A DNA stretch of 63,773 bases, counting the filler, from Lenisia limosa (lineage: Eukaryota; Protista; Breviatea), in NCBI GenBank assembly GCA_001655205.1. It is 6 parts of 6 records of this genome, joined end to end, with 100 filler letters (N's around TTAATTAATTAA, not from the genome) between each part and the next. Parts side by side here need not be neighbours in the genome. Positions count along the whole stretch, not along the records: positions 22,441 to 36,378 come from LPNZ01005389.1; 5 more parts are not named here. One strand, given 5' to 3'. This document shows, piece by piece, positions 22,441 through 33,769 of the stretch (positions are counted from its first letter, which is position 1; each line of letters opens with the position of its first letter). Both the position numbers and the translations under genes were made by a program. The notes below the pieces were generated by a model. The model saw nothing but the letters and a program-made list of their open reading frames with translations, was not told where the DNA came from and searched no databases.

Positions 22441-25400
22441 CAACACCGCATCCCATCACTCCAGCGTAACCAGAATTTAATCAAACAAACACAATCAATA
22501 TAATTATGAGGTTGGCCCACTTTTACAATGAGGCAACCAACAGCAGGCCTATGAACCTCATTAGCAGGCGGTGGGTAGCGGACTGTCACTGACACGCTGA
22601 CCTCACAACCAGTTACCACCTGGGCTAGAATTCCTAAATCCACGTCAAAAGAAGATCATGTTGAATGGAAAGAACTAAACTGCTGTAAACCCTCACACAA
22701 AATTGAAAAATAATCTTCAAAAAGTCCCGCAAACCTTCTGCGGGGGTGCCGACATAAGGCAATGGAAGGCCCAGTGACGCTGATGTCCAGGAATCTGGAT
22801 GCAACTGGCATATCACTGCAAAGTGATAAATGAGCCTTTTCAACTTGAAGGGTAAAAAGCCCACTCACCGACTTCGCCAAAACAAGCAATGAACTCCGGA
22901 AAGGTCATGTGGAACAGCGCGTCTTTTGTTGAACTTGGCCGACCTGTCTGGTTAGTACTGCAACAGGTGGGATGCAGTTTTCATACCAAAGAAGGACGAC
23001 AGCTTAGAACCGAATGGTGATTTCCATCCCTTCTTCCCTACAACGTCAAAACAACCCCTAAAATGGTCTTGCCTACCCCAGGGGTTGCGAAGCTCAAGTA
23101 TTCGCTGTTCATTCTTGACTGATAGTGAAATGAGCGAATATGCATGACTGTCTCTCCTGAATAGTAAGGGAGACCTTGGTATCAAAAGACAAAAAAAAAA
23201 CGATTGCAACTCCACAAACAGTCCTGCAGCTTCTACAAGAGGGGAGTTTTGTCTGCACGTCACGGCCATCAAGAAGCCGTAATCATCGCAAGACGCCAAG
23301 TTGCACTGTAAGGTGAGCCGTTGCCTCTCATGACAAAAGAACGGAGAAATGCTCATTTCCAAAATCTGTTTTATAAGAGCATACCCATATTTCCTCGTAG
23401 GCTTCAGGGTTGCCTTCGGGGATATCCAGACACTCTGTGGAAGCCCCTGTCAGCAAGTAGAAGGCTGTTGATATTTCGCCCCCTGATAAGCCCTGAAGTA
23501 TGATGACATATGAAAAACATGGGTACATTGAACCCATGACAATTAGATAGAATCATCTGTCAAGATTTCGGAGAGAAAATACATACAATATTAGAGAAAA
23601 TGCCCCCACATACCTGGTATGCCCCCCCCCCCCNNNNNNNNNNNNNNNNNNNNNNNNNNNNNNNNNNNNNNNNNNNNNNNNNNNNNNNNNNNNNNNNNNN
23701 NNCACCATTGCTGGCCAATAAACGTCTGCAAAGTAAACAGTAAAAGTTCGTAAGGTGATTATATCTGGTTAACTCTTGGATGCTATGAGTCAAATAAAGA
23801 AAGGGGGAAACACAGGTACTCACTATTGAGTACATGGGCGAAGGCAAGCTGGTTGACCTTCGCAAAGCCTGATGATTTGATAGTCGGGAGTCGTGTGTCG
23901 ACTGAAATGTTTGTCCACACCCCGTCAACACAGAGCGTCACCTGAAACATGAGGAATACCAAAGAAAAGGAAGACCAGAAGGGTTTGAGGAATACCAAAG
24001 AAGAGGAAGACCAGAAGGGTTTGAGGAATACAGCTTGGTGAAAAGGGAAGCGCTGACCTCTACCGAGCCATTTGTAGGTTCTGTTTTGTTGTTGAAAAGC
24101 CTCAAAATTGCCTCAGGTCGCTCAGCCAAAGCGGACAATGCGCTCATTAGCCAGCAGTCGCCCAGACCACCCTGTAGGGTTGAGATAAATGTAGAATTGA
24201 GTAATGGAAAATCGCAATGAGTTTTAAGAGACACTTTGAGTTCAAAGCATGCTGGAAAACCCACCTGTCCAACATCTTCAACGGAGATTGCCTGGTTAAA
24301 GAGCCTCGATCGAGGATGCTGGAATGTAACAGAATTTGTCAAACAGTTACCAGGTATCCTCCCTTCATACTACTTGAGTCACTTCGGTCATCTCCAAATG
24401 CAGTGTGCCAGTCATCTGTCGGACAAAGGAGTGTTGGTTTTCCATGTTTACTATCTAGAGCGTTAAATGTAATTCCAAGCAATTTCTTCAACCAATTTGA
24501 TTGTCCAGGTGAGTGCTCAAAAATAATACACAACCCGCTTTCGGTGTGTGATTAAAAAAAACACTCATTCAAAAAACTATATGATATGGGTTATTATTAA
24601 AGCTGCCTCACACCGAAGAGTCAATAACCATGTCTGCTGCCGGGGGGAAGGAATGGTCAACAAATCGAGTACCTGGGAGGGGGGGGGGGNNNNNNNNNNN
24701 NNNNNNNNNNNNNNNNNNNNNNNNNNNNNNNNNNNNNNNNNNNNNNNNNNNNNNNNNNNNNNNNNNNNNNCAAGGGTTGATAACACAAAGCCCAAGTCGC
24801 TTCTGCAGCACTATCCCAGGTAATTGAGCATGTTATACATGAACCACATTGGCTTCAAGGAGCATCCCGCTGTTGGAAAACAAAGAGTGCTTACCAAGTC
24901 TCCCACTGGGGTTGTCAAGGTTCAACAGACTTGCCTTCTCCAATGACCACTGGCCAGGAGGGGGGATGAACCTGATAGGTGAGTTAAAAACTGACTCTAT
25001 CTTAAGGTGGTTCAGTCCTTTTTTTAATTTTGGAAAATAATACTAAAAGTGGGTTTTAAATATAAATATGGGTGAAAATTGCCTGGAACGTAATAGAGAG
25101 ATTATACGGGTGATAGAGGACGAGAAGTGCTGTGATCAATACGCTATTATTACCATCACGACAACGTCACGTCACGTCACAAACAGAAAACCTGGTGCCT
25201 CAAATACCCTCCAACCCAGGCATTTGCTGCAGTTTTGCGTCCCAAGGAGACTGTATTCGAGGAGCTGCCGGGGCTGGTCTGGGGGAGTAAAACAAAGGAA
25301 ATTTCGATGAATATTGGCGTAAATACTAATCACGAAACCGAATAATCTGAAACTCCAAACAAAAAACAAGCAATAATAAACACGAGCAACCAACGCTAAA

Positions 25401-26317
25401 CCAGATAACAAAAACACAAAAACAAAAACAAAAACACAAAAACAAAAACACAAAAACAAAAACAAAAACAAAAACAAAAACAAAAACACAAAAACAAAAA
25501 CAACAAAAANNNNNNNNNNNNNNNNNNNNNNNNNNNNNNNNNNNNNNNNNNNNNNNNNNNNNNNNNNNNNNNNNNNNNNNNAAACAAAAACAAAAACAAA
25601 AACACAAAAACAAAAACACAAAAACAAAAACAGTGGTCTGGGGGGAGTAAAGTTGGAAAATTTATGAAACAATAAAAGCCCAAAAACAACTCCGCTGACA
25701 ACACACAAACAACTCCAATAGCCAGCCCACGGGAACGGTGGTACAGATGCGGTCATCCCGGTAGGTACTGGCATCGGCGGCAGAATGGGCGGGTGGGAGC
25801 TGTGTTGTGTGATGGGGTGGTCAATATCGTTCCGGGGGGCATCAGGATAGACTTGGCTGGGTTGGTATGCTGAACGAGTGAAGGGTTTGTTCCAAAGTAA
25901 ACTCATCAATACATCAAAATTGGTAGAGATATTAGTTCAGTGAGAGACTGCAAATACCACAACATGTATTGCGAATCCTACCCGGTGCAGCAGCTGGAGG
26001 AAGGTCCTTGGAAAGGGAATCGACCGACATGGGAGTATAGCCACCTGAGGTCTGACACGGGGACTGCTGGCCAGGTTATTCGATCATAATACCAAATCAA
26101 AATGAAAGGTGATAGCGCTCTGGAATATTCAGACATCACTGATGCTGTTGCTGCTGATTCCGAGTGACTGACCAAAACTTACAGGGCTTGGTTTTGTCTG
26201 AGAAGAGTTGTAGGAGGCCGGGGCATAAAGGTTGAAATCAAAGGGCACCGCCTGGCCACAGTAGGTACATTTGTGGTCCAAAGACGAGATGGTCTTCTTG
26301 CATTTCGAACATTTCAT
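22441..26317 (-). CDS. Calpain-type cysteine protease (CysPc) with N-terminal CxxC...CxxC zinc ribbon and Pro-rich linker; 3' end lost at linker
   Basis: MKCSKCKKTISSLDHKCTYCGQ; FVDHSFPP; catalytic Cys QGGLGDCWLMSALSALAERP; DGVWTNISVDTRLP; His AGL/RDSHAYSL; Asn LRNPWG. Confidence 0.9.
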
Positions 26318-26702
26318 CTAAGGGGTGAAGCCAATTTGTTGACAACAACAGGAATAATAATGCAGTTATAATAAAGAACTGTTAATTGTAAAGAGTGAAT
26401 GTTGGGAGGGACCAATGAGATATGCTTTAAGGGGATAAAGGTATTTAAATTTCTAATTAATTTGATATTTTGTTGATAAAATAAATGCAAAGGGCTCAAG
26501 CGGTGAGCTCATTAGAAAAGTACAAAAATTAGGGATAGCCCAAACCTTTTGCGTGTACTATAAGCTCCAGTAATAAAGAAAAGTGCGGTAATACGTTACC
26601 GATTCTCTTGGAAGGTCGCCAATTAGGCAGTATCAGTTCAATATTGGTTTTCACTGAACCTAAATTGTTATTTATTTATCTATATCTGTGAAACTGCATA
26701 TA

Positions 26703-29700
26703 AATGGCGTTTACACATTCAAGACATGTGAAAGGCTAATTTTTCATAAGGGTACGCAACAAACAAAAGTTGTACTGTTTGAAGAGCCGCCATTTACTGG
26801 TCAAAATATTCAATGACCATTAGTGTATTGAAAACGCATGGAATATCCGGGGGGAAACAGAACCCTCAGTTGCCCTGTATCTGTAAATCAGTTAGGAACA
26901 TTTATGGTACAACTCTCGTACAACTTGCTTTTCAAAGAACTTTAAGATTTCATTAATTGTTTTAAGTAACTGTTTCTAATTTTTGTGACATGTTTGGGTT
27001 GTTGCTCAACCCATTCGAAACACTGCGCAGCAGTGACAAAACCTTCCTTATTGGGAAGGTTTGCTCTTGTTATTTTGGTTTGGTTATTTCGATTTCGAAC
27101 CTGCTTAAGAGTACAGTTGATATATAATCTGTGAACGTTAGTGTTCAACCAACTGTGAAGCTTAGTATACCTGCAAGTTTCATGTTTATCTGAAGTATCT
27201 CCAAGCCCACCTGAGTCTACACCCAGTTACAACATTGTTCAGGTTACGTTTAGTTGGGGTCCCAGAGGTATTCCCAAGAAGTCTCCTCCATGCCCTCGAA
27301 AGATGATGCTGTATGCTTTGCGGTATCAACATATTTTTTTTAGAGTTATCGTTTCTTCCATTTCTACCTGTAAATTTTTCATAAAAAAAAAACAGCATAT
27401 TCTTTGCCACTTCTACTCCAATATTTCTTGATTGTTTACAGAATCATGAGGAGGATTATAATAATTTCAGGGCTTCAACCTCACAACATTCATCCGTCAG
27501 GAGGAAGAAAAGGAGGCCAGCGGAGGTTGGCAATATGATGGCTCTTGATGTCCCAGATCGGATCCCCCAACTGATCGGCCCACTTTTATTGGAGGATGCA
27601 GCACTGACCGCACGTTCATTGTCCTTCAAATGGCTTTTCACTGCCGCTTTCCAGTGCCTTTTCTGGACGGAAACTGTTTTTGAATTGCAAATGGTATGAT
27701 AGCTGTTTGGTGTTTACATTGGATAATATGTCCTAATTTACGAATTGAATACCTAGGCACCTTTTGTATTCACAATGATTCTAAGCCTGGTGATGGCTGC
27801 ACTCTTTTTCCTTGTCGGCCTTAAAGGGAGAAAGATTCTTACTCCAACTATTTGCACTTGTTTATGGAGTTTGGAGGTATGCAGAACTGGACTATTTTTT
27901 GTTTTGTTTTGCTTCACGCCAGCAGTTTGTTGCCATTCTTGTTTGGGGACACACTTGTCCTGTTATCACTCCCAGAAACAGAATGTTTTCGTATTTTCCG
28001 TTCTTTGCCCAGGTTTGTAACATTCAATATAAATTATTTGTTTGCTCAAGACTCTCACTATTAGGTGACCATTCTCAGTGGCTCTGGACTGGATATCAAG
28101 AAAGCGATGATGTTGACAACTGTGAGGATGAGTGACATTGGGTTATTTGCACCACATATCTGCTGACCCCTTTAGCCACTCACAGCAATGGTGTACTTAT
28201 CTAGACTAATCGTTTCAATTCGATATTTGCCAGTCTCTGTGTTCTCTGTGGGTTTTAGTTTTTATCATTTTCATCCAATCAAAAGTTGAGCTTCCAATTC
28301 ACCCAATACTCTATTTTCATGACAATGACAATGTAGTGTGCCTTGTCCAGTGTACTTGGCTTGTCGTTTTGGAGCATGCGAACAAGATCGCGGTTCTCTG
28401 CTGTTGCTCATGAACTAGTGGTATACTTTTTTGGTCAGAAGAGCATCCTCATGATTTAGCTGAGTCGGCATAATGCGCGTGCTCTGTCCATGGCACAGCG
28501 GCTTATTCCAAAGTCCTTTATCCCACGATCAGAACTTGTAAGTCAAGCATTCAGTTCTGATATTGCAATTTGCTAAAAACTTGAGTGGGACATTGATTAA
28601 TAGAAGTTTGGTAATAGGTGATTTGGTGAAATTCCAGCAATTCTCCGTGAAACATTGATTTCTTCTAGGGGCTCACACACACAATTCGAGAGTACACGTT
28701 TGTTAGTTTGGCTGTTTTCCAGTTCAACTTCACTCACGATATGGTATGTCGGGTTTTTGAGTTTATCGTTTGTGAAGGTTGGATTTTGGTTTCTTATGTT
28801 ATCAGGAAACAAAGTCGGCAGTTGATTTTGCACATCATGTCGCTCACATATTTGAGTCACTTGATTCAGTGGGTTGCAGCATTACGCTCAATGAGATGAG
28901 CAAAAGATTTAGAGCGTTACAAGTGTAGTTATTGGCCTTCCACACTGATGTTCTCAAAATTGACTGTTACAAAGAAAAGTATGTGGTGATTCAAGTCTTA
29001 ATAGCACACCATCACAGTAAGAACCTAACTGCTTCAGTTACATGATATCGAGTGGATTGCCTTTCTTCAGAGCGGATCACGCACAGTTGATGTTTACCAC
29101 TATCAATCACTCCATCCACCATCTTGAGAAACTCCAGATATTTAAGGTTGGTAAGTTGACATTGAGGTGAATCGTTATTATCATAAAATACTGCATTTAT
29201 GACTTAGATTGGGGTGCACACCGGCAGAGTGACTGGTATGTTGTTGAAAAATGGATCACATGAATTAGTTGGTATTGAGATCAAGCCTTTCATATGTATC
29301 CATGAAAAGCGTTATAAGAACAACACGACCTTTTTACATCTCAGCGGGTATTATTGGGGAGTACAACCCAAGATTTCAGGTCTTCGGAGAGGTCATCAAA
29401 ATCACTGAAATGTATGGCCGTCATAATTGAAGACTGGATTAATAATTACAGGCTGACAGATGCTGCAGATGATGGATCTGTGTTGGCGTCATCGACATTT
29501 GTCGGGCAAATTCCAAATGACCGCACACGGCAAACTAGATTCGAAAAATATGGTACAGAGACTTGAAATTTCACTGTTGAGGTTCTTTGCCGTTCAAAAA
29601 AGGCTATATTGAGACACAAAAGCTTCGACCAATGTTTACTGAAGGTGTCTTGCCACAAGTGAATCAGAAGGAACTTGGCAACCGTCTTGCAACTCTAAGC

Positions 29701-32700
29701 AACCCTTGCCTAACTAGGGAGTATGCAAGGTCACTCTTTTGAACTAGGCGTAGAGATTTTTTTGTTTATGTCTATATGCCATTCACACTGTAACCGTTCA
29801 ATTACTAGTTTCCATTCACACTATAGTTGTCTTGGCTCAACTTTATTTTCAAGTCGTTACAATTCTTTAATGAAAAAAGGTTTGAGGAAAACTTGGACCA
29901 CATATCTGTTTTTATTAATATTGCTCTTACTCATTATTTTATTAACAATGTAGGAGGAAGCAGACGAAAAAGCGTGGATTCTAATAGTTCCAATCAAAGA
30001 AGCCAAGGCAGCAACTCACCTTCCCCTGACATGCGAAGAGAGAAACTACCAGCCCCTCTTCGAATACAGGGTTAGCTACAATCTTTTTGTAACTTCAATG
30101 TCTTTCCTCACCAAAACAGACTCTAATTCATTTGATGAGCTTCTTGGGAATGCTGAAGTTATTAATTGCAACCGTGGGTGGGATGACAGTTGACATTTAT
30201 TTGAATGTTACATAAGTTAAGTTTAATTACTTTCAACTAGAAAATGGTGATAGACAGAAAAGTCTCTCCAGTGTCATACACGACAAGTCAGCCAATACCA
30301 GTCCCACTACTACTCCCAGAAACAGAATTCCAAATACATTGCCAAGTCCTATCAGCAGGCTCAAAATGGTTGGATGTACATATTTCAAACTCTGTGACTT
30401 AGGAAATGAAAATAATTGGGTAATTAATACCTTTTGTTTTTACCACAATAAGTTGGAGTGTCACTTTAATGTCGCATAGCCATCCACACATGATCTTGAA
30501 TGGACTCCCATCAGCTCACCAACCCACAATGAAGTCGAACCGCATTGCTACGATCAACTTATTTCCGTCTCACATGAGAATATTGAGTATGTCCAAGCAA
30601 GTTTTGACCAGCAAAATACCCACCATCATTGATTAGGGATAACGACCGAAATGCGACCTTTAGTGGATTTGTATCGGACAATGTGGCCTACAAGGCAGGA
30701 TGGGAGGCATTCAAGTCTTCAAATGACGAAAGATCGTACTTGAGCACACGTGCCATTAGACTATTTAAAACCAAAGTTAGCAAGATTGAAATCTGCTTCC
30801 AGAATTATCCTGTATTTTAGGTATCAGTTATTATGGTGTGTCTACTTTATGTTCTTTTTCTTGTCATCTACTGGCCTGTCACAGTCTGGGCAACTCGTGG
30901 GTTGGAAACAGTCATTTCTAGTTGGTTCATGATTTATGACTTTAGGAAATACAATCACCGCAGTTCCATCTCTCTTAGCAGTTCTTATTGTTGGAAAACT
31001 GGGAGGTATGTAAATAGTTACTATCGAATTGTTTGGTATCCCCATTAACAACGCAGCCACCTACAAACCTATAGTTATGTCTTATGTTGAAACAGCACTC
31101 TTTGGTATTTTTATTTTGGCACACACCATCACTGTCCACAAAATGAATTGTGATCTGTCTTTCCACGAAGACGAAAGAAAGTGAGAGGGCATGGGCTCGT
31201 TTCAGTGTTTCGCTGACTTTTCAGAAACGCACTTGTAGGAGACGGAAATCCCTATGAAATGAGTTCCAATGAAATCACTGTCACCCTCACCCTTGCGATC
31301 TTCTTCTTCTGCACAAACTACCTGTCGCTAGTATGGTAATACTAATACAAAAATCTGTTACTATCATCATAGAGCCAGTTTAATACTAAGTATTTCAGTA
31401 ACACCATTCAATACTTGAAAAGAGCAACCCCGTTGACACTCCTCCAGGTTGGCTACGTATTCTCCTGTACCGCAGCTGCGACAACTCTTCACTTAACAAA
31501 CGATGAAACCCACCCAAGAGACTTGGTCATCATATGTAAGTGGTCGTGCGGTTGGCTAACTCAAAAGGTGCTTCAATTATCTTGGTGGTCTATCAAATGA
31601 AGAACCTCACACTCACCATAGACGGTCGAGAGAGGCAGGTGCGGCGCATGATTTTCGACCCATGATTTTAGAATNNNNNNNNNNNNNNNNNNNNNNNNNN
31701 NNNNNNNNNNNNNNNNNNNNNNNNNNNNNNNNTGATTTCAATTATTTTTATTTTGAAAATAATAATTGCAGCAATTCATTGTAATTAATTGTAATTAATT
31801 GCCAATTAATTGCAGAGGTGAAAAAATAGTTGAAATAATTGCATGCAATTAATTGCAGCTGTCTAATAATTACACGGCACCCTATTTTAAACTCATGATT
31901 TTCAACTCATGATTTTAGACTCATGATTATCGTAAATTTCGAACCATTTTTAGACCCGAAGATATCATCTATTTAGGTCTTTGTGTTCCTCTCCCACCTC
32001 CGCTCCCAATTTAACAAATCTCTCAACATTGTGAGTTCTAATTAATGATGAAAAATGTTACCAATGGCTGACCGTTCCCCCAGCTCCTTCTCATTATTCC
32101 ACTACACTCAATTCCAATGTCTCTGCGCTCGATCAGCGCATCCCCAGAAGTTGACATACTGGATGATGTTACTATGCTACTTGTTGGTGGTTTTGAGTAA
32201 GAAGTTACATTGTGCACGGTTTTGAAAATACAATCAATATTATTGAAATGATCCTTCTAAATGAGGAAGGGAAGGTTCACATAGCCTCAACCAAACTGAC
32301 AGCTCACACTCAACAGGCGGCACCATCTCCGTCTGTTGACTCCTCATTTGAGTCCCTCGGTCCTGTCAACCTATTTCGAGCGTTTTCCGCCGTTTACAAC
32401 CTGTTCGAGGCCGTGTGCGAACATTATCGATGTTCCATCATCAGGGTCAAATGTAGGGGGGGGCCAACATGGATGTGTGGATTGTGAAGAGGGTGAAGTT
32501 GTACTTGTCACTGGATAACCTCGAAGGTTCGGAGATTCTCGTAATTGCAGGACTGCCCGATGGACCTGAGGACCCTTACGCCGCCATATGCAGTTGGTTT
32601 CATTGGACTTGTCTTATTCTATAGGAGTGGCATTGGATTTGGCGGAATCAATGGAACTCTTTGTCAACATGGAGTTGTCCGCAGGTACGTCCTTTTCATT

Positions 32701-33605
32701 CATTTAAACCCACTAACGTGACTGAATGATTAGCACTCTTACACCACCACTATGATGTAACTCCACATTCCTCATTTTCAGGGCAATACGCTGTCGCTCT
32801 GCGCTTCGGTCTAGGCCACGGACCCCTCACAGCCTGTGTTGTCGGCACGTTGAAGCCGTCCTATCTGCCCTGGGGGACTGGCAGTGTCGACCCAATTGAA
32901 CGAGGTGTGTCAAGGGGTAAATAATCACACATGTGCATAAAAATGATACACACAATGTTTTGAGAAGGACCCGAGGACAAGCCCGAGGAAGTTCAGTCAA
33001 CCTTTGACACACTGACATTGTAGCACGTGTCTCCGTTGAAGCATCCAACACCAACAAAGTTGTGGCAATGTCATCTTTCTCACAAATGGTGGATGTTAAA
33101 GACTTCGTGTTTGCTCCATTAACCCTCAATAAGCAAAGGTTGGAACATAAATCATATCTTTGCTATCCTCGACTGATGTGACCTGAACAGTGACGAACTT
33201 TGCTATATCACATTCCGCTCAGAACAGGCTGTCAATGTTGATGTTCTTGCCCTGGTCATGACCCCGAAGGTAAGCCTTCAGCCTTTATACATAAAATTGA
33301 CATAAAAAGAGGGGACAGTGTATTTGGCCCTGTTTTTTATGATGCAGGTTCGCCATCCAGTACCACACACGTCCACATACTTCGCCCCGCCTTCCGACAC
33401 CCCCACACCGCCAGCCATCTTCTCCTCACGGAATCGGTCCTTCTTGCGCCAGGTTGTCATGGGAGCAAATCAAATTTCCGAGCTCTACAAATGGTTAACT
33501 GACATTGCTCACTCCTCAGCCGCCAAATCTGCTGACGTCATCGAAATCAGTATCAGAAGGTCAGCGGGGCTATCTTCGTGCCCGACGGCGAATGAAACTC
33601 TTTGA
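26703..33605 (+). CDS. Transmembrane class III adenylate/guanylate cyclase-like protein (TM-C1-TM-C2), degenerate active sites; 5' end approximate
   Basis: C1: IFESLDS/LLAFHTDVLKIDCYKEN/YMISSGLPFFRADHAQ, IGVHTGRVTG, VFGEVIKITEM/LTDAADDGSVLAS. C2: SLGPVNLFRAFSAVYNLFEAVCEHY, EGSEILVIAGLPDGPED, LRFGLGHGPLTACVVGTLKPSYLPWG. Hydrophobic exon blocks lie at ~27500-28400 and ~30800-31600. Confidence 0.8.
31645..31945. repeat. AT-rich intronic repeat block (ACTCATGATTTT tandem units flanking a TAATTGC palindrome-rich core, with gap)
   Basis: CATGATTTT units occur at 31648-31670 and 31890-31930, with repeated AATTAATTGC between them. Confidence 0.55.
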
Positions 33606-33769
33606 CGGCACCCTCGCCGCCGACGCGTTCGGGACTACGGCACAACAGCCTCCGGAGAAGAGGGGCAGTGGCAGCGGCTGGTACTTTCAATAGTTTGTTG
33701 GAATTTTTTGTTTTTTTCAATTGTCTTTTTTTGTCCAATTGTATGAATGATAGATAGTATGTATATATT

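Noticed and set aside
25172-25909. Long ORFs with FVFVF/FCFCF runs
   Set aside because: They are translations of an intronic (CAAAAA)n microsatellite, repeat copies and N gaps. Only the Pro-rich first part is a calpain exon.
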